From positions 3,914 to 67,913 of the forward strand of contig JAAYYL010000176.1 in NCBI GenBank assembly GCA_012515395.1: a DNA stretch of 64,000 nucleotides, written 5' to 3'. The DNA comes from Bacteroidales bacterium (GTDB taxonomy: Bacteria > Bacteroidota > Bacteroidia > Bacteroidales > UBA932). Shown piece by piece: positions 39,656 through 49,908 of this stretch. The stretch's first letter is position 1. Every line of letters begins with the position of its first letter. The notes beneath the pieces were generated by a model. The model was given only the letters and a program-made list of their open reading frames with translations, did no database searches and was not told the origin of the DNA. Both the position numbers and the translations under genes were made by a program.

Positions 39656-39976
39656 ATGGAAAAGATGTATTACACAATTGGCGAGGTGGCCGAAATGTTG
39701 GGCGAAAACACTTCTCTGGTACGTTTTTGGGCCACCACCTACAGTGAATTTATTAAACCTGTCCGCAACAAGAAAGGGAACAGACTTTTTACTTCTGCCG
39801 ATGTGGCGAACTACAAAATCATTCATCATCTTGTCAAAGAACGGGGCATGACACTGGAAGGGGCAAGGAAAAGAATGCATGACAACAAAGAAGGCGAGGA
39901 CAAGACGGTAGATATAATGGCGTCACTTAACAGGATAAAAGCACAGTTGGTCGAAATTCGCGATATGATAGAATGA
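39656..39976 (+). CDS. MerR family transcriptional regulator
   Basis: YYTIGEVA, SLVRFW, KKGNRLF, GMTLEGA. Confidence 0.9.
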   Translation: MEKMYYTIGEVAEMLGENTSLVRFWATTYSEFIKPVRNKKGNRLFTSADVANYKIIHHLVKERGMTLEGARKRMHDNKEGEDKTVDIMASLNRIKAQLVEIRDMIE

Positions 39977-40773
39977 ACTTAAAAGCTTCTGACATAATTG
40001 ATGTCCTGGAAAAATGGGCACCGCCCGGATTACAGGAAGAGTGGGATAATTCCGGACTTTGTATAGGCCATCCGGATACACCTGTAAACGGTGTACTGGT
40101 TTGCCTGGATTGTACAAAAGAAATCGTAGAAGAAGCCGAGCGAGAAGGCCTTACTATGATAGTCTCGCATCATCCGCTGATATTCAAAGGGTTAAAACAG
40201 CTCCGGGAGGTCACTCCATTGGAGCAGACGGTAGCCCTTGCCGTACGCAAAAACAGGGTCGTTTACTCCATGCATACGAATGCAGATAAAATCATGGACG
40301 GGGTCAGCGGAGCTATGGCCCGTGCTCTTTCATTAAAGAACGTTTCTATTCTGGCTCCTGACAAAGCTTGTCAAGCTAATGGAGAATCTTGCGGATTGGG
40401 TGTCGTCGGGGATCTCCCGGAGCCGATGCCTGCAGATGCTTTTATCGCCTTGTTGAAGAGAATCTTTCAGGTACAGGGCCTGAAAGGTTCTGAAATATTG
40501 TATCCAAAAATATCCCGGGTGGCTTTGTGCGGCGGAAGCGGATCGTCTCTGATTCCTGATGCCCTGCGATCCGGAGCACAGGTTTTTGTGAGTGCAGATT
40601 TTAGTTATCATACGTATTTTGAAACGATCCCGCACATGATGCTCATAGATGCGGGACATTATGAAACAGAGGCGGGTATACAGGATGAAATATGCCATGT
40701 GCTTAGAAAAAAATTCCCTACCTTTGCCGTCCGCAAAACACGTATCAATACCAATCCCATTCGATTTTATTAA
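39973..40773 (+). CDS. Nif3-like dinuclear metal centre protein
   Basis: WDNSGL, SHHPLIF, MHTNAD, ALCGGSG, DAGHYETE. Confidence 0.92.
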   Translation: MNLKASDIIDVLEKWAPPGLQEEWDNSGLCIGHPDTPVNGVLVCLDCTKEIVEEAEREGLTMIVSHHPLIFKGLKQLREVTPLEQTVALAVRKNRVVYSMHTNADKIMDGVSGAMARALSLKNVSILAPDKACQANGESCGLGVVGDLPEPMPADAFIALLKRIFQVQGLKGSEILYPKISRVALCGGSGSSLIPDALRSGAQVFVSADFSYHTYFETIPHMMLIDAGHYETEAGIQDEICHVLRKKFPTFAVRKTRINTNPIRFY

Positions 40774-40787
40774 GTTATCAATATATT

Positions 40788-41591
40788 ATGACAAAGAAAA
40801 CGACAAAGAAAGCAGGTACTGATGTCGGATCATTTACCGCACTGCAAAGAGCCGAACAGGACGGGACTCTGACAATGGAGGACAAACTGCGTCTGCTTTA
40901 TCAACTTCAGCAGACCGATTCGCAGATAGACAAAATTCATCTCTTACGCGGTGAACTCCCCCTTGAAGTCCAGGATCTGGAAGATGACATCAAAGGACTT
41001 GCCACCCGTATGGAAAATTTGCAAAAAGAAATCCGCGACATAGAAAAAGATATTGCTTTTCGCAGGATAGACGGGGACAATGCACGTGCTATGGTGGCAA
41101 AATACGAGGCCCAGCAAAGCAATGTGAAGAATAGCCGGGAATTTGATTCCCTTTCCAAAGAAATTGAAAATCAAACCCTTGATGCTGAATTGGCAGAAAA
41201 ATACATCCGGGAGTTTTCCCTTTTGCTGAAAGACCGTAAAGAAACCCTGGATAAAGCCAGGGAAGATTACGATGAAAGGCAAAAAGACCTGGAAGTAAAG
41301 AAAAAAGAACTGGAAAACATTATCAGTGAAACGGCCAAAGAAGAAGACATCCTGCTAAAAAAAGCGGAGCAGATCCAGTCACAGATAGATGCCCGGGTCC
41401 TTTCGGCATACCGTAAAGTAAGGAACAATGCACGTAACGGATTGGCCGTAGTAACGGTTAAACGGGGTGCCTGCGGAGGTTGTTTTAACAAAATTCCTCC
41501 CCAGCGTCAACTGGATATCAAGATGAGTAAAAAGATCATCGTTTGTGAATATTGTGGCAGAATCCTGGTAGACCCGGCATTTGAAGAATAA
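40788..41591 (+). CDS. Coiled-coil protein with C4 zinc ribbon (zf-RING_7/DUF164)
   Basis: RGELPLEV, CGGC...CEYCGRIL. Confidence 0.9.
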   Translation: MTKKTTKKAGTDVGSFTALQRAEQDGTLTMEDKLRLLYQLQQTDSQIDKIHLLRGELPLEVQDLEDDIKGLATRMENLQKEIRDIEKDIAFRRIDGDNARAMVAKYEAQQSNVKNSREFDSLSKEIENQTLDAELAEKYIREFSLLLKDRKETLDKAREDYDERQKDLEVKKKELENIISETAKEEDILLKKAEQIQSQIDARVLSAYRKVRNNARNGLAVVTVKRGACGGCFNKIPPQRQLDIKMSKKIIVCEYCGRILVDPAFEE

Positions 41592-42780
41592 ACCGACCAT
41601 ACGTCAACAGTTTTACGCCCGTCTGGGGCAAACTTCCCCCTCTCCGTTAGGCATTGAGATCCAAAAAGCAGAGGGGGTCTTTCTTCTGTCGCCCGAAGGG
41701 AAACGTTATGTGGATCTTATTTCGGGTGTTTCTGTCAGCAATGTAGGACACGGCAGAAAAGAAGTGATCCTGGCTATTGAAGATCAGGTGCGGAATCACC
41801 TGCATTTGATGGTATACGGGGAAGTTATCCAGAAACCCCAGGTCATGCTGGCGTCTTTGCTTACCCGCAATCTTCCGGAGCCCCTGGACTCGGTTTATTT
41901 TGTCAATTCAGGATCGGAAGCCAACGAAGCTGCCTTGAAACTCGCCAAACGCATAACAGGTCGCTCACGTATGGCTTGTTTCCGGGATGCCTACCACGGA
42001 AGTACACACGGAGCACTCAGCATGATGGGAAACGAAACGTTCCGCCGTTCTTTCAGACCGCTTCTACCCGGTGTTACGGCATTGCGGTTTAACTGCACTG
42101 AAGATCTCGAAAAAATTAACAGCCAGACTGCCTGTGTCATCGTTGAGCCGGTACAGGCGGAAGCAGGAGTTCGGCTGCCTCAAAAGGGTTTTCTCCAATT
42201 ATTGAAACAGCGTTGCACCGATACGGGAACTTTGCTTATCTTTGATGAAATACAAACAGGATTCGGACGAACAGGCAGCCTTTTTGCCATGCAGAAGTAC
42301 GGTGTAACACCTCACATGGTTACCCTTGCGAAAGCTTTAGGTGGCGGAATGCCTTTGGGCGCTCTGGTCTGTTCACAGGAATTAATGAAAGCCTGGCAAT
42401 CGGATCCGGTGTTGGGACATATAACCACTTTTGGCGGTCATCCGGTTTGTTGTGCTGCCGGATTTGCTTCCTTACAGGTGTTGCTTAAAGAAGGGTGGAC
42501 AGACCAGGTAGAAGAAAAAGCAAATTACCTGAAACAGGAAATTTTGAAACATCCCCGGGTAAAAGAAGTCAGGGAAGCCGGGTTGTTACTGGCCGTGGAA
42601 TTGGGAGAAGAAGGAAAAGCAGAAGAAATGGTGCGGTTGTTATTGGAAGAGGGAGCCATGTCTGACTGGTTCTTATATTGTGACTCTGCTTTCAGGATGT
42701 CTCCTCCGTTATGTATAAACCGCGAAGAATTGGAATTAACCGTAAAGATAGTAATGCGGGCCTTGGACAGATTGACATAA
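41581..42780 (+). CDS. Class III PLP-dependent aminotransferase (ArgD-like)
   Basis: NSGSEANE, AYHGSTHG, FDEIQTGFGRTG, AKALGGG, HITTFGG; TTG start. Confidence 0.88.
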   Translation: MKNKPTIRQQFYARLGQTSPSPLGIEIQKAEGVFLLSPEGKRYVDLISGVSVSNVGHGRKEVILAIEDQVRNHLHLMVYGEVIQKPQVMLASLLTRNLPEPLDSVYFVNSGSEANEAALKLAKRITGRSRMACFRDAYHGSTHGALSMMGNETFRRSFRPLLPGVTALRFNCTEDLEKINSQTACVIVEPVQAEAGVRLPQKGFLQLLKQRCTDTGTLLIFDEIQTGFGRTGSLFAMQKYGVTPHMVTLAKALGGGMPLGALVCSQELMKAWQSDPVLGHITTFGGHPVCCAAGFASLQVLLKEGWTDQVEEKANYLKQEILKHPRVKEVREAGLLLAVELGEEGKAEEMVRLLLEEGAMSDWFLYCDSAFRMSPPLCINREELELTVKIVMRALDRLT

Positions 42781-42794
42781 ATAATCACAGAATA

Positions 42795-44297
42795 ATGGCA
42801 AATCGTGCACCGGTCAACAAGAAAGTAAAAGGGAAAGACCAATCCCAGGTAGAAATGGTAGGTCTGGATATGGGGAAAGTACCTCCCCAGGCCATAGATA
42901 TTGAAGAAGCCGTGCTGGGGGCATTGCTTTTGGAACCGAATGCCTCGCTCGACATAGTAGGCGCGGTAAAGCCCGAGTATTTTTACAAAGAAAACCACAG
43001 AAAAATCTTTGCTGCCATATCTGCGCTTGTATCTTCGCACAATCCGGTGGATATGTATACGGTTGCCGAAGAACTGAAAAAAAATGAACAGCTGGATGAA
43101 ATAGGAGGACCTTATTATTTAAGCCAGCTGACCATGCGGGTTGCCGCCGCTTCTCACCTGGAATACCATTCCAAGGTTCTGACACAAAAATTTATTCAAA
43201 GAGAACTGATCAATACTTCTTACGGGATTTTGCGGGATGCGTTTGACGATACCATACCGGCCGATGAATTGCTGGACACTTCCCAACAGAAACTTTTTGA
43301 ATTAGGTGAAATGAACCTGCGCCGGGACACCCGTCCGGTTCGCTCTGTATTGGGAGACGTTCTTGACGAGTTGTCCGACGTACAGACCAGAGACGACGGA
43401 TTAAGCGGAATACCGTCCGGTTTTACTTCGCTTGACCGGATGACACTTGGCTGGCAAAAAGCCGATTTGGTAGTCATTGCAGCCCGTCCGTCCATGGGAA
43501 AAACCGCATTTGTGTTGACCATGGCCCGTAACATGGCGGTTAACCACAACATTCCCGTAGCTTTTTTCTCCCTGGAAATGCCCGATTCCCAATTGGTTAA
43601 AAGGCTTCTGGTGAGTGAAACCGGCTTATCTTCCGAAAAAATCCGGGGTGGTAAAAAATTGAAAAGTTTTGAGTGGGAACAACTTAACCAACGGATCATT
43701 AACCTTACCAAAGCCCCTCTTTACATAGACGACACACCTTCGCTTTCCATTTTCGAATTCAGGGCCAAAGCACGCCGGTTGGTTGCCGGTATGGGTGTTA
43801 AGATGCTGATCATAGATTATATGCAGTTGATGTCCGGACCTCCTGAATTGCGAGGCATGAGGGAACAGGAAGTGGCGGCCATTTCGCGTTCTTTGAAAGC
43901 AATCGCAAAAGAACTGAACGTTCCGGTAATTGCTTTGTCACAGATGAACCGTTCTTCTGAAACACGAGGGGGAACCCGCAGGCCACAGTTAAGTGATTTG
44001 CGTGAATCGGGAGCCATAGAGCAGGATGCGGATATTGTAATTTTTCTTTACAGGCCCGAGTATTATGGATTTAAGGAAGATGACAGCGGACGTTCCCTGG
44101 AAGGCATTGCGGAAGTGATCGTGGCCAAACACCGCAACGGAGCCGTGGGAGAATTCCAGATGCAATTTAGAAATAGTGAGATCCGTTTTCTGGATATCAA
44201 CGAAGGTGGTCCGGATTTTGCAACCGATGAGCCTGTTACGTATGCTTCCAGAATGAACCAAATGAATGATCTGAATGACAACTTTAACGGGTTATAA
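42795..44297 (+). CDS. dnaB: Replicative DNA helicase
   Basis: PPQA...EEAVLG, AARPSMGKT, FSLEM, IDYMQL, DLRESGAIEQDAD, AKHRNG. Confidence 0.97.
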   Translation: MANRAPVNKKVKGKDQSQVEMVGLDMGKVPPQAIDIEEAVLGALLLEPNASLDIVGAVKPEYFYKENHRKIFAAISALVSSHNPVDMYTVAEELKKNEQLDEIGGPYYLSQLTMRVAAASHLEYHSKVLTQKFIQRELINTSYGILRDAFDDTIPADELLDTSQQKLFELGEMNLRRDTRPVRSVLGDVLDELSDVQTRDDGLSGIPSGFTSLDRMTLGWQKADLVVIAARPSMGKTAFVLTMARNMAVNHNIPVAFFSLEMPDSQLVKRLLVSETGLSSEKIRGGKKLKSFEWEQLNQRIINLTKAPLYIDDTPSLSIFEFRAKARRLVAGMGVKMLIIDYMQLMSGPPELRGMREQEVAAISRSLKAIAKELNVPVIALSQMNRSSETRGGTRRPQLSDLRESGAIEQDADIVIFLYRPEYYGFKEDDSGRSLEGIAEVIVAKHRNGAVGEFQMQFRNSEIRFLDINEGGPDFATDEPVTYASRMNQMNDLNDNFNGL

Positions 44298-45129
44298 AAG
44301 TACCATTTTGACATTATGTTTGCTTTCAGCATGGGTCTTGGGACATGCGCAGGAAAATGAAAAACCCTGTTTGCCGGTCCGGGATATTCCGCCTTCTCAA
44401 ATGGCATTTCAAGCCGGAGAAAAGTTGACAATCATTGCAAGTTATCAATGGGGTGTTGTCAATACGGATGTTGGTACGGTTTCTTTGGATATTAGCCGGT
44501 CTGATTCTTCGGAGATTCCCCTTTTTATTGCCAGGGGACGCATACAAACAGCCCGTTTTTTCAATGCCTTTTTCCGGGTGGATGATTATTACGAGAGCCG
44601 ATTCAATCAGACTAACCTGCGCCCCACCTATTTCATGAGGGACATTCACGAGGGAAAGTATACCATACAAAATTATTACAACTACAACCGGGATTATTCC
44701 ATCAATGCCCGGATTATCCGCAAGGACGGATCCGTTCAGGACACGTTGTTGCCGGGACGGATATGTACCTTTGATTTCATTACATTGTTCTATTTTCTGA
44801 GAAACCTGGAGTTCAGCAATATGAACCCCGGGGATGTTTACCCCATATCGTTTGCCATAGATGAAGAGATCTTTGAATTGTATTTAAGGTATGACGGGAA
44901 GGATGAGATCCGTGTACAAGGTCTGGGTACTTTCAGATGCCTGAAATTTTCTGCGCAGACGGTTGCCGGTGTGGTTTTTGACGGGAAGGAAGATCTGCGC
45001 TTCTGGATCAGTGACGACAAAAACAGGGTTCCCTTATTTATTGAATCTCCTGTTGTAGTCGGTCGCGTTACCGGAAGGCTGGGAAGTTATGAAAACCTGA
45101 GGTTTCCACTTACAAGTAAAATAAAGTAA
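44275..45129 (+). CDS. DUF3108 family secreted protein
   Basis: AFQAGEKL...Y, FFRVDDYYES, WISDDKNRVP. Confidence 0.75.
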   Translation: MTTLTGYKSTILTLCLLSAWVLGHAQENEKPCLPVRDIPPSQMAFQAGEKLTIIASYQWGVVNTDVGTVSLDISRSDSSEIPLFIARGRIQTARFFNAFFRVDDYYESRFNQTNLRPTYFMRDIHEGKYTIQNYYNYNRDYSINARIIRKDGSVQDTLLPGRICTFDFITLFYFLRNLEFSNMNPGDVYPISFAIDEEIFELYLRYDGKDEIRVQGLGTFRCLKFSAQTVAGVVFDGKEDLRFWISDDKNRVPLFIESPVVVGRVTGRLGSYENLRFPLTSKIK

Positions 45130-45131
45130 CT

Positions 45132-45557
45132 ATGGGTTTCGGATCGGTTATCAGGCATAAGGGAATAATCACAGGCACAAACCCGCTAAAGGCCGAGATC
45201 CTTACCGAATCGGCGTGTGCATCCTGCCATGCCCGGGGATATTGTTCGCTAAGTGAAAAAAAACGCAAAGAAATAACCCGTTTTCAGGAACCTGCAGGAT
45301 GGGAACCGTATGTGGGTCAGGAAGTCTATATAGAGATGCGAACTCGTTTGGGATTCAAGGCGTTGTGGTATGGAATGGTATTGCCTGCGGTCATTTTGGG
45401 TGTTGCGATTACCTGCGGAGGACTATTCCGTTTAGCGGAATGGTTGCAGGGTTTTATTGCAATAATGAGTATAGCAATCTATTATTTTGTTCTATATTTG
45501 TTAAAAGATCGTATCCAAAATGACTTCTACTTTACTGTACACAATATTAAGCCTTAG
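45132..45557 (+). CDS. rseC: RseC/MucC family protein
   Basis: H.G.I, SACASCHA...C, two TM helices; upstream of rnfB. Confidence 0.85.
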   Translation: MGFGSVIRHKGIITGTNPLKAEILTESACASCHARGYCSLSEKKRKEITRFQEPAGWEPYVGQEVYIEMRTRLGFKALWYGMVLPAVILGVAITCGGLFRLAEWLQGFIAIMSIAIYYFVLYLLKDRIQNDFYFTVHNIKP

Positions 45558-46365
45558 CTTATTGGGCGGGCTGTTGGCTATTGTGTTGTATTTCATTGCC
45601 CAAAAATTCAAAGTTCAGGAAGACCCCCGTATAGATCAGGTTCTGGAAGTATTGCCGGGAGCTAATTGCGGAGGGTGTGGCTATGCCGGTTGCCGTGCTT
45701 TTGCGGAAAGCTTTGTAAGAAACCCTGAAAATCCCGACTTTGTTTGCCCTGTAGGAGGGAATGATGTAATGCAAAAAGCTGCTGCCGTTCTGGGCAGGGA
45801 GGTACAGGAGCAGATTCCCAAACTGGCGGTTCTGCGTTGCAACGGATCGTGCGATGTGAGGCCTGTCCTGAACACGTATGACGGAAGCCCGAGTTGTGCC
45901 GTGGCCGCCGATCTGTACGGGGGAGAAACAGGCTGTTCTTACGGATGTCTGGGTCTGGGAGATTGTGTGGTAGCCTGTACTTTTGATGCCATACACATCA
46001 ATCCGCAGACACGTTTGCCTGAAGTCATTGAAGATAAATGTACTTCATGCGGTGCCTGTGTGAAAGCATGTCCCCGGAACATATTGGAATTAAGGCCAAA
46101 AGGTCCCAAAAGCCGCAGAATCTATGTGGCTTGTGCCAATAAGGACAAAGGCGCTGTAACCCGGAAAGTTTGTTCAGTCGGTTGCATAGGATGTCAATTA
46201 TGTGTAAAGGCTTGTCCTTTTGAAGCCATAACATTTGCCGATAATCTGGCTTATATAGATCCCGCAAAATGCCGTTTGTGCCGAAAATGCGTTGCCGTAT
46301 GTCCCACAGGCTGCATTCTGGAGATTAATTTTCCACCAAAAAAACAAGTAACCAACAATGAGTAA
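45520..46365 (+). CDS. rnfB: Rnf electron transport complex subunit B
   Basis: LPGANCGGCGYAGC, multiple CxxCxxCxxxCP ferredoxin motifs. Confidence 0.95.
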   Translation: MTSTLLYTILSLSLLGGLLAIVLYFIAQKFKVQEDPRIDQVLEVLPGANCGGCGYAGCRAFAESFVRNPENPDFVCPVGGNDVMQKAAAVLGREVQEQIPKLAVLRCNGSCDVRPVLNTYDGSPSCAVAADLYGGETGCSYGCLGLGDCVVACTFDAIHINPQTRLPEVIEDKCTSCGACVKACPRNILELRPKGPKSRRIYVACANKDKGAVTRKVCSVGCIGCQLCVKACPFEAITFADNLAYIDPAKCRLCRKCVAVCPTGCILEINFPPKKQVTNNE

Positions 46366-47701
46366 AACGTTTTCGATTGGAGGAATTCATCCTAAGGATA
46401 GTAAATTCTCCAAGGATAAACCCATTGAAGAATTCCCGGTCCCCAAAAGAGTTGTTATTTCAATGAACCAGCATCTGGGAATGCCTGCCGTTCCGGTAGT
46501 CAAAAAGGGTGATACCGTGAAAGTGGGTCAATTGATCGCAGAACCGGCGGGATTTGTGTCGGCTCCTGTTCATGCTTCCGTAAGCGGAACAGTGGCAGAT
46601 GTAGCTCCATACCCCGATTTTTTAGGAAAAAAAGTATTGTCGGTGGTTATAGATACGGCAGGTGATGAATGGCTGGAAACAATAGACAGAACCCATGAGA
46701 TCAAACATGAGATCACTGCCACTCCACAGGAAATTTTTAAAATAATCTCGGACTCGGGTATTGTTGGATTGGGTGGAGCTGCATTCCCCACACACGTAAA
46801 ACTGACTCCTCTTGAAGGGATGAAAGCCGAGTACCTTATTCTGAACGGAGCGGAGTGTGAACCCTATCTGACATCCGATTACCGATTAATGACTGAACAT
46901 GCCCAGGAAATCCTGATAGGTGGAGAAATGATGCGAAGGGTACTGGGTGACGTGGCCGGCATCATTGGTATAGAAGAGAACAAACCCAAGGCCATTGAAA
47001 TAATGAAAAAATTGACCTCCAATTATTTACAATGGGAAGTCGTGCCGCTGAAAAAACGTTATCCGCAAGGAGGTGAAAAACAATTGATAGATGCCGTGCT
47101 GGGACGTAAAGTTCCTTCCTTTTCTCTGCCAATATCAACGGGAGCCGTTGTACAGAATGTAGGTACGGCATATGCTGTTTACGAAGCGGTTCAAAAACGC
47201 AAACCATTGATAACGAACGTATTAACAATAAGCTCTTCCGATCCTTCCATTCAAAAGAATTACCGTTTCCGTGTAGGAACTCCAATCCGTGAATTTTTGT
47301 CTGCAGCCGGAGCCATGGATAAAGAAGGAAATTTATCACGTGCTTTTGCCAAAGTCGTTAACGGAGGTCCTATGATGGGAAAACCCGTATCCAATTTGGA
47401 CGGCCCGGTAATGAAGAGTACTTCCGGTTTTGTTCTTTTTACATCAAAGGAGACAAAAAGACAAGAACCCGGAGAATGTATCCGGTGTTCAAAATGTTTT
47501 CAAGCCTGTCCCATGAGATTGCAGCCCTACTTACTTTACCAGTTGGCATTGGCCGGAAGAACCGAAGAACTGGATGAAAACAGGGTCTTTGACTGTATTG
47601 AATGCGGCTGTTGTCTCTATTCCTGCCCGGCGCACATTCCTTTACTGGATCAGATCCGTTTGGCCAAAAACGTATCATTGAAGAATAAACGCAAGAAATA
47701 A
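46358..47701 (+). CDS. rnfC: Rnf subunit C
   Basis: GGIHP, HASVSG, GLGGAAFPT, NGAECEPYLT.D, YPQGGEK, CIECGCC. Confidence 0.96.
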   Translation: MSKTFSIGGIHPKDSKFSKDKPIEEFPVPKRVVISMNQHLGMPAVPVVKKGDTVKVGQLIAEPAGFVSAPVHASVSGTVADVAPYPDFLGKKVLSVVIDTAGDEWLETIDRTHEIKHEITATPQEIFKIISDSGIVGLGGAAFPTHVKLTPLEGMKAEYLILNGAECEPYLTSDYRLMTEHAQEILIGGEMMRRVLGDVAGIIGIEENKPKAIEIMKKLTSNYLQWEVVPLKKRYPQGGEKQLIDAVLGRKVPSFSLPISTGAVVQNVGTAYAVYEAVQKRKPLITNVLTISSSDPSIQKNYRFRVGTPIREFLSAAGAMDKEGNLSRAFAKVVNGGPMMGKPVSNLDGPVMKSTSGFVLFTSKETKRQEPGECIRCSKCFQACPMRLQPYLLYQLALAGRTEELDENRVFDCIECGCCLYSCPAHIPLLDQIRLAKNVSLKNKRKK

Positions 47702-47702
47702 T

Positions 47703-48746
47703 ATGGACAAACTACTTATTTCCCCGGCTCCACACCTGCACAGTAAAGACAGTACCCGAAGGATAATGCGTGATGTTATCATAGCACTTATGCCTTCTGT
47801 TTTGGTGAGCGTTTATTTTGCAGGACTCAGTGCGCTGCTGGTTCTGGTAGTATCGGTAGCAGGTTGTGTCCTGACGGAACACCTGATAGTCCGGTACCTG
47901 ATGAAGAAAAAAACGACGGTCAGCGATTTGTCTGCCATAGTTACCGGTTTGCTTCTGGCTTTGAATCTGCCTGTATCTTCTCCATGGTGGATGGTTCTGA
48001 TCGGATGTGTTGTGGCTATCGGTATTGCCAAAATGACTTTTGGCGGATTGGGTCACAATTTATTCAATCCCGCATTGGTTGCACGTGTTTTTCTGCTGAT
48101 TTCTTTCCCGGTCCAAATGACAAACTGGACCATTTCCAACAGTATATTCAGACCGGATAGATGGGAATTGCCCAAAGGTCTTTTAGGAGCTCAGGGGCAA
48201 TTGATGGATGCTTCCTCAGGGGCGACCCCTCTGGGTATTATTAAAGAAGGATTGGCCAACGGAATGACTATGGAAACGCTCAGCCAGCAACATGATTTTT
48301 CATATTGGCATATGTTGTTCGGTCATATAGACGGTTCCATGGGAGAAGCTTCTGTTCTGGCAATCCTGGCCGGTTTGCTTTACCTGCTTTTCAGAAAAGT
48401 GATACGACCCGTCATTCCTTTATCTATAGTGATTACCGTTGCCCTGTTCTCGGGTATTCTATGGATGGTTGATCCATCCCAATACGCAGATCCCCTCTTT
48501 CATTTACTGACCGGGGGATTGTTGCTGGGCGCAGTTTTCATGGCGACCGATTACACCACATCGCCTATGTCTCCGCTTGGAATGATCATTTTCGGTATAG
48601 GAATAGGTCTGGTTACTATGGTTATAAGGGTCTGGGGAGCCTATCCCGAAGGAGTATCTTTCGCAATTTTATTTATGAACGCTTTGGTTCCTTTGCTCAA
48701 CAAGATCAAACCGTTCCCGTATCAAAAGGAGGTGAGCCGTGGCTAG
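47703..48746 (+). CDS. rnfD: Rnf subunit D
   Basis: FGGLGHNLFNPA, SGATPL (FMN-Thr), MATDY.TSP. Confidence 0.96.
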   Translation: MDKLLISPAPHLHSKDSTRRIMRDVIIALMPSVLVSVYFAGLSALLVLVVSVAGCVLTEHLIVRYLMKKKTTVSDLSAIVTGLLLALNLPVSSPWWMVLIGCVVAIGIAKMTFGGLGHNLFNPALVARVFLLISFPVQMTNWTISNSIFRPDRWELPKGLLGAQGQLMDASSGATPLGIIKEGLANGMTMETLSQQHDFSYWHMLFGHIDGSMGEASVLAILAGLLYLLFRKVIRPVIPLSIVITVALFSGILWMVDPSQYADPLFHLLTGGLLLGAVFMATDYTTSPMSPLGMIIFGIGIGLVTMVIRVWGAYPEGVSFAILFMNALVPLLNKIKPFPYQKEVSRG

Positions 48747-49326
48747 AGAATCCAATTTTAAAAACATGTTCCTGTGCCTGCTGATCATTTGTTTTGGGGG
48801 ATCAGCATTGCTGGGTGGCGTTTACCTGATGACATACCGGCCCATAGCTGATGCACAGACCGCAAAAGTCAACCAGGCACTGGCCGGTGTTTTGCCGGAA
48901 TTTGACAACATTCCTGCTGATGAAGCTTACCGGGTGCAGGTAGATGGCAGATCCGTGACCGTATACCCTGCTACAAAATCCGGAATATTTGCCGGGGCCG
49001 CAGTAGAAGCTGTTACCACAAAAGGTTTCGGGGGGCCCATAACATTGATGGTGGGCTTTAAAGCCGACGGTACTATATATAATACAGCTGTTATTTCTCA
49101 CTCGGAAACCCCGGGACTTGGAGATAAAATGGATCCGAAGAAAAGCGATTTCAGTTTGCAATTCAAGGATAAGAATCCGGAGACTTTTAAACTGGCCGTC
49201 AAAAAAGACGGCGGACAGGTAGATGCTATTACAGCGGCCACAATAAGCTCCCGGGCTTTTTGTGATGCCGTGAGCCTGGCTTACACGGCTTTCAGGCAGG
49301 CTGCTCAGAAAGGAGGTGATCAATGA
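48739..49326 (+). CDS. rnfG: Rnf subunit G
   Basis: HSETPGLG, DAITAATISS; GTG start. Confidence 0.95.
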   Translation: MARESNFKNMFLCLLIICFGGSALLGGVYLMTYRPIADAQTAKVNQALAGVLPEFDNIPADEAYRVQVDGRSVTVYPATKSGIFAGAAVEAVTTKGFGGPITLMVGFKADGTIYNTAVISHSETPGLGDKMDPKKSDFSLQFKDKNPETFKLAVKKDGGQVDAITAATISSRAFCDAVSLAYTAFRQAAQKGGDQ

Positions 49327-49904
49327 ATAAGTTAAGTATTATAACCAAAGGGATCATCAAGGAAAATCCCATTTTTGTATTAGTCCTGGGAATGTGTCCT
49401 ACGCTGGGAACCACAACTTCTGCCTTTAACGGGTTGGGCATGGGACTGGCAACTACTTTTGTGCTGATGTTATCGAACCTGGTAATATCACTCATAGCAG
49501 GGTTTATTCCGGCGAAGGTCAGGATCCCTTCATTTATTGTTGTAATTGCTGTTTTTGTAACGGTTGTTCAACTGGTTATGCAGGCTTATGTGCCTGCCCT
49601 GTATGAAACACTGGGTTTATTTATCCCTCTCATTGTGGTAAATTGTATCGTCTTGGGGCGTGCCGAGGCTTTTGCAAGTAAAAACAAACCGTTGGATTCT
49701 TTTCTGGACGGATTGGGTGCGGGAATTGGTTTTACACTGGGATTAACTGTTCTGGGAACCGTGCGTGAATTATTAGGGTCCGGAGCTTTCTTCGGATGGA
49801 AAATTCTTCCCGGAGATGCCATGCTGGTATTCATTCTTGCTCCCGGAGCATTTATTGCGTTGGGTTATCTTATGGTTCTGTTCAACAAAATAAAGAAGGC
49901 CTAA
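49323..49904 (+). CDS. rnfE: Rnf subunit E
   Basis: LGMCPTL, PLIVVNC, RAEAFA, LAPGAF. Confidence 0.96.
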   Translation: MNKLSIITKGIIKENPIFVLVLGMCPTLGTTTSAFNGLGMGLATTFVLMLSNLVISLIAGFIPAKVRIPSFIVVIAVFVTVVQLVMQAYVPALYETLGLFIPLIVVNCIVLGRAEAFASKNKPLDSFLDGLGAGIGFTLGLTVLGTVRELLGSGAFFGWKILPGDAMLVFILAPGAFIALGYLMVLFNKIKKA

Positions 49905-49908
49905 TATT

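Noticed and set aside
37718..41591. Tandem M23 peptidases plus MerR, Nif3 and zinc-ribbon genes as a novel system
   Set aside because: Recurrent housekeeping neighbourhoods (alaS-M23-MerR; nif3-zinc ribbon); both M23 active sites look intact
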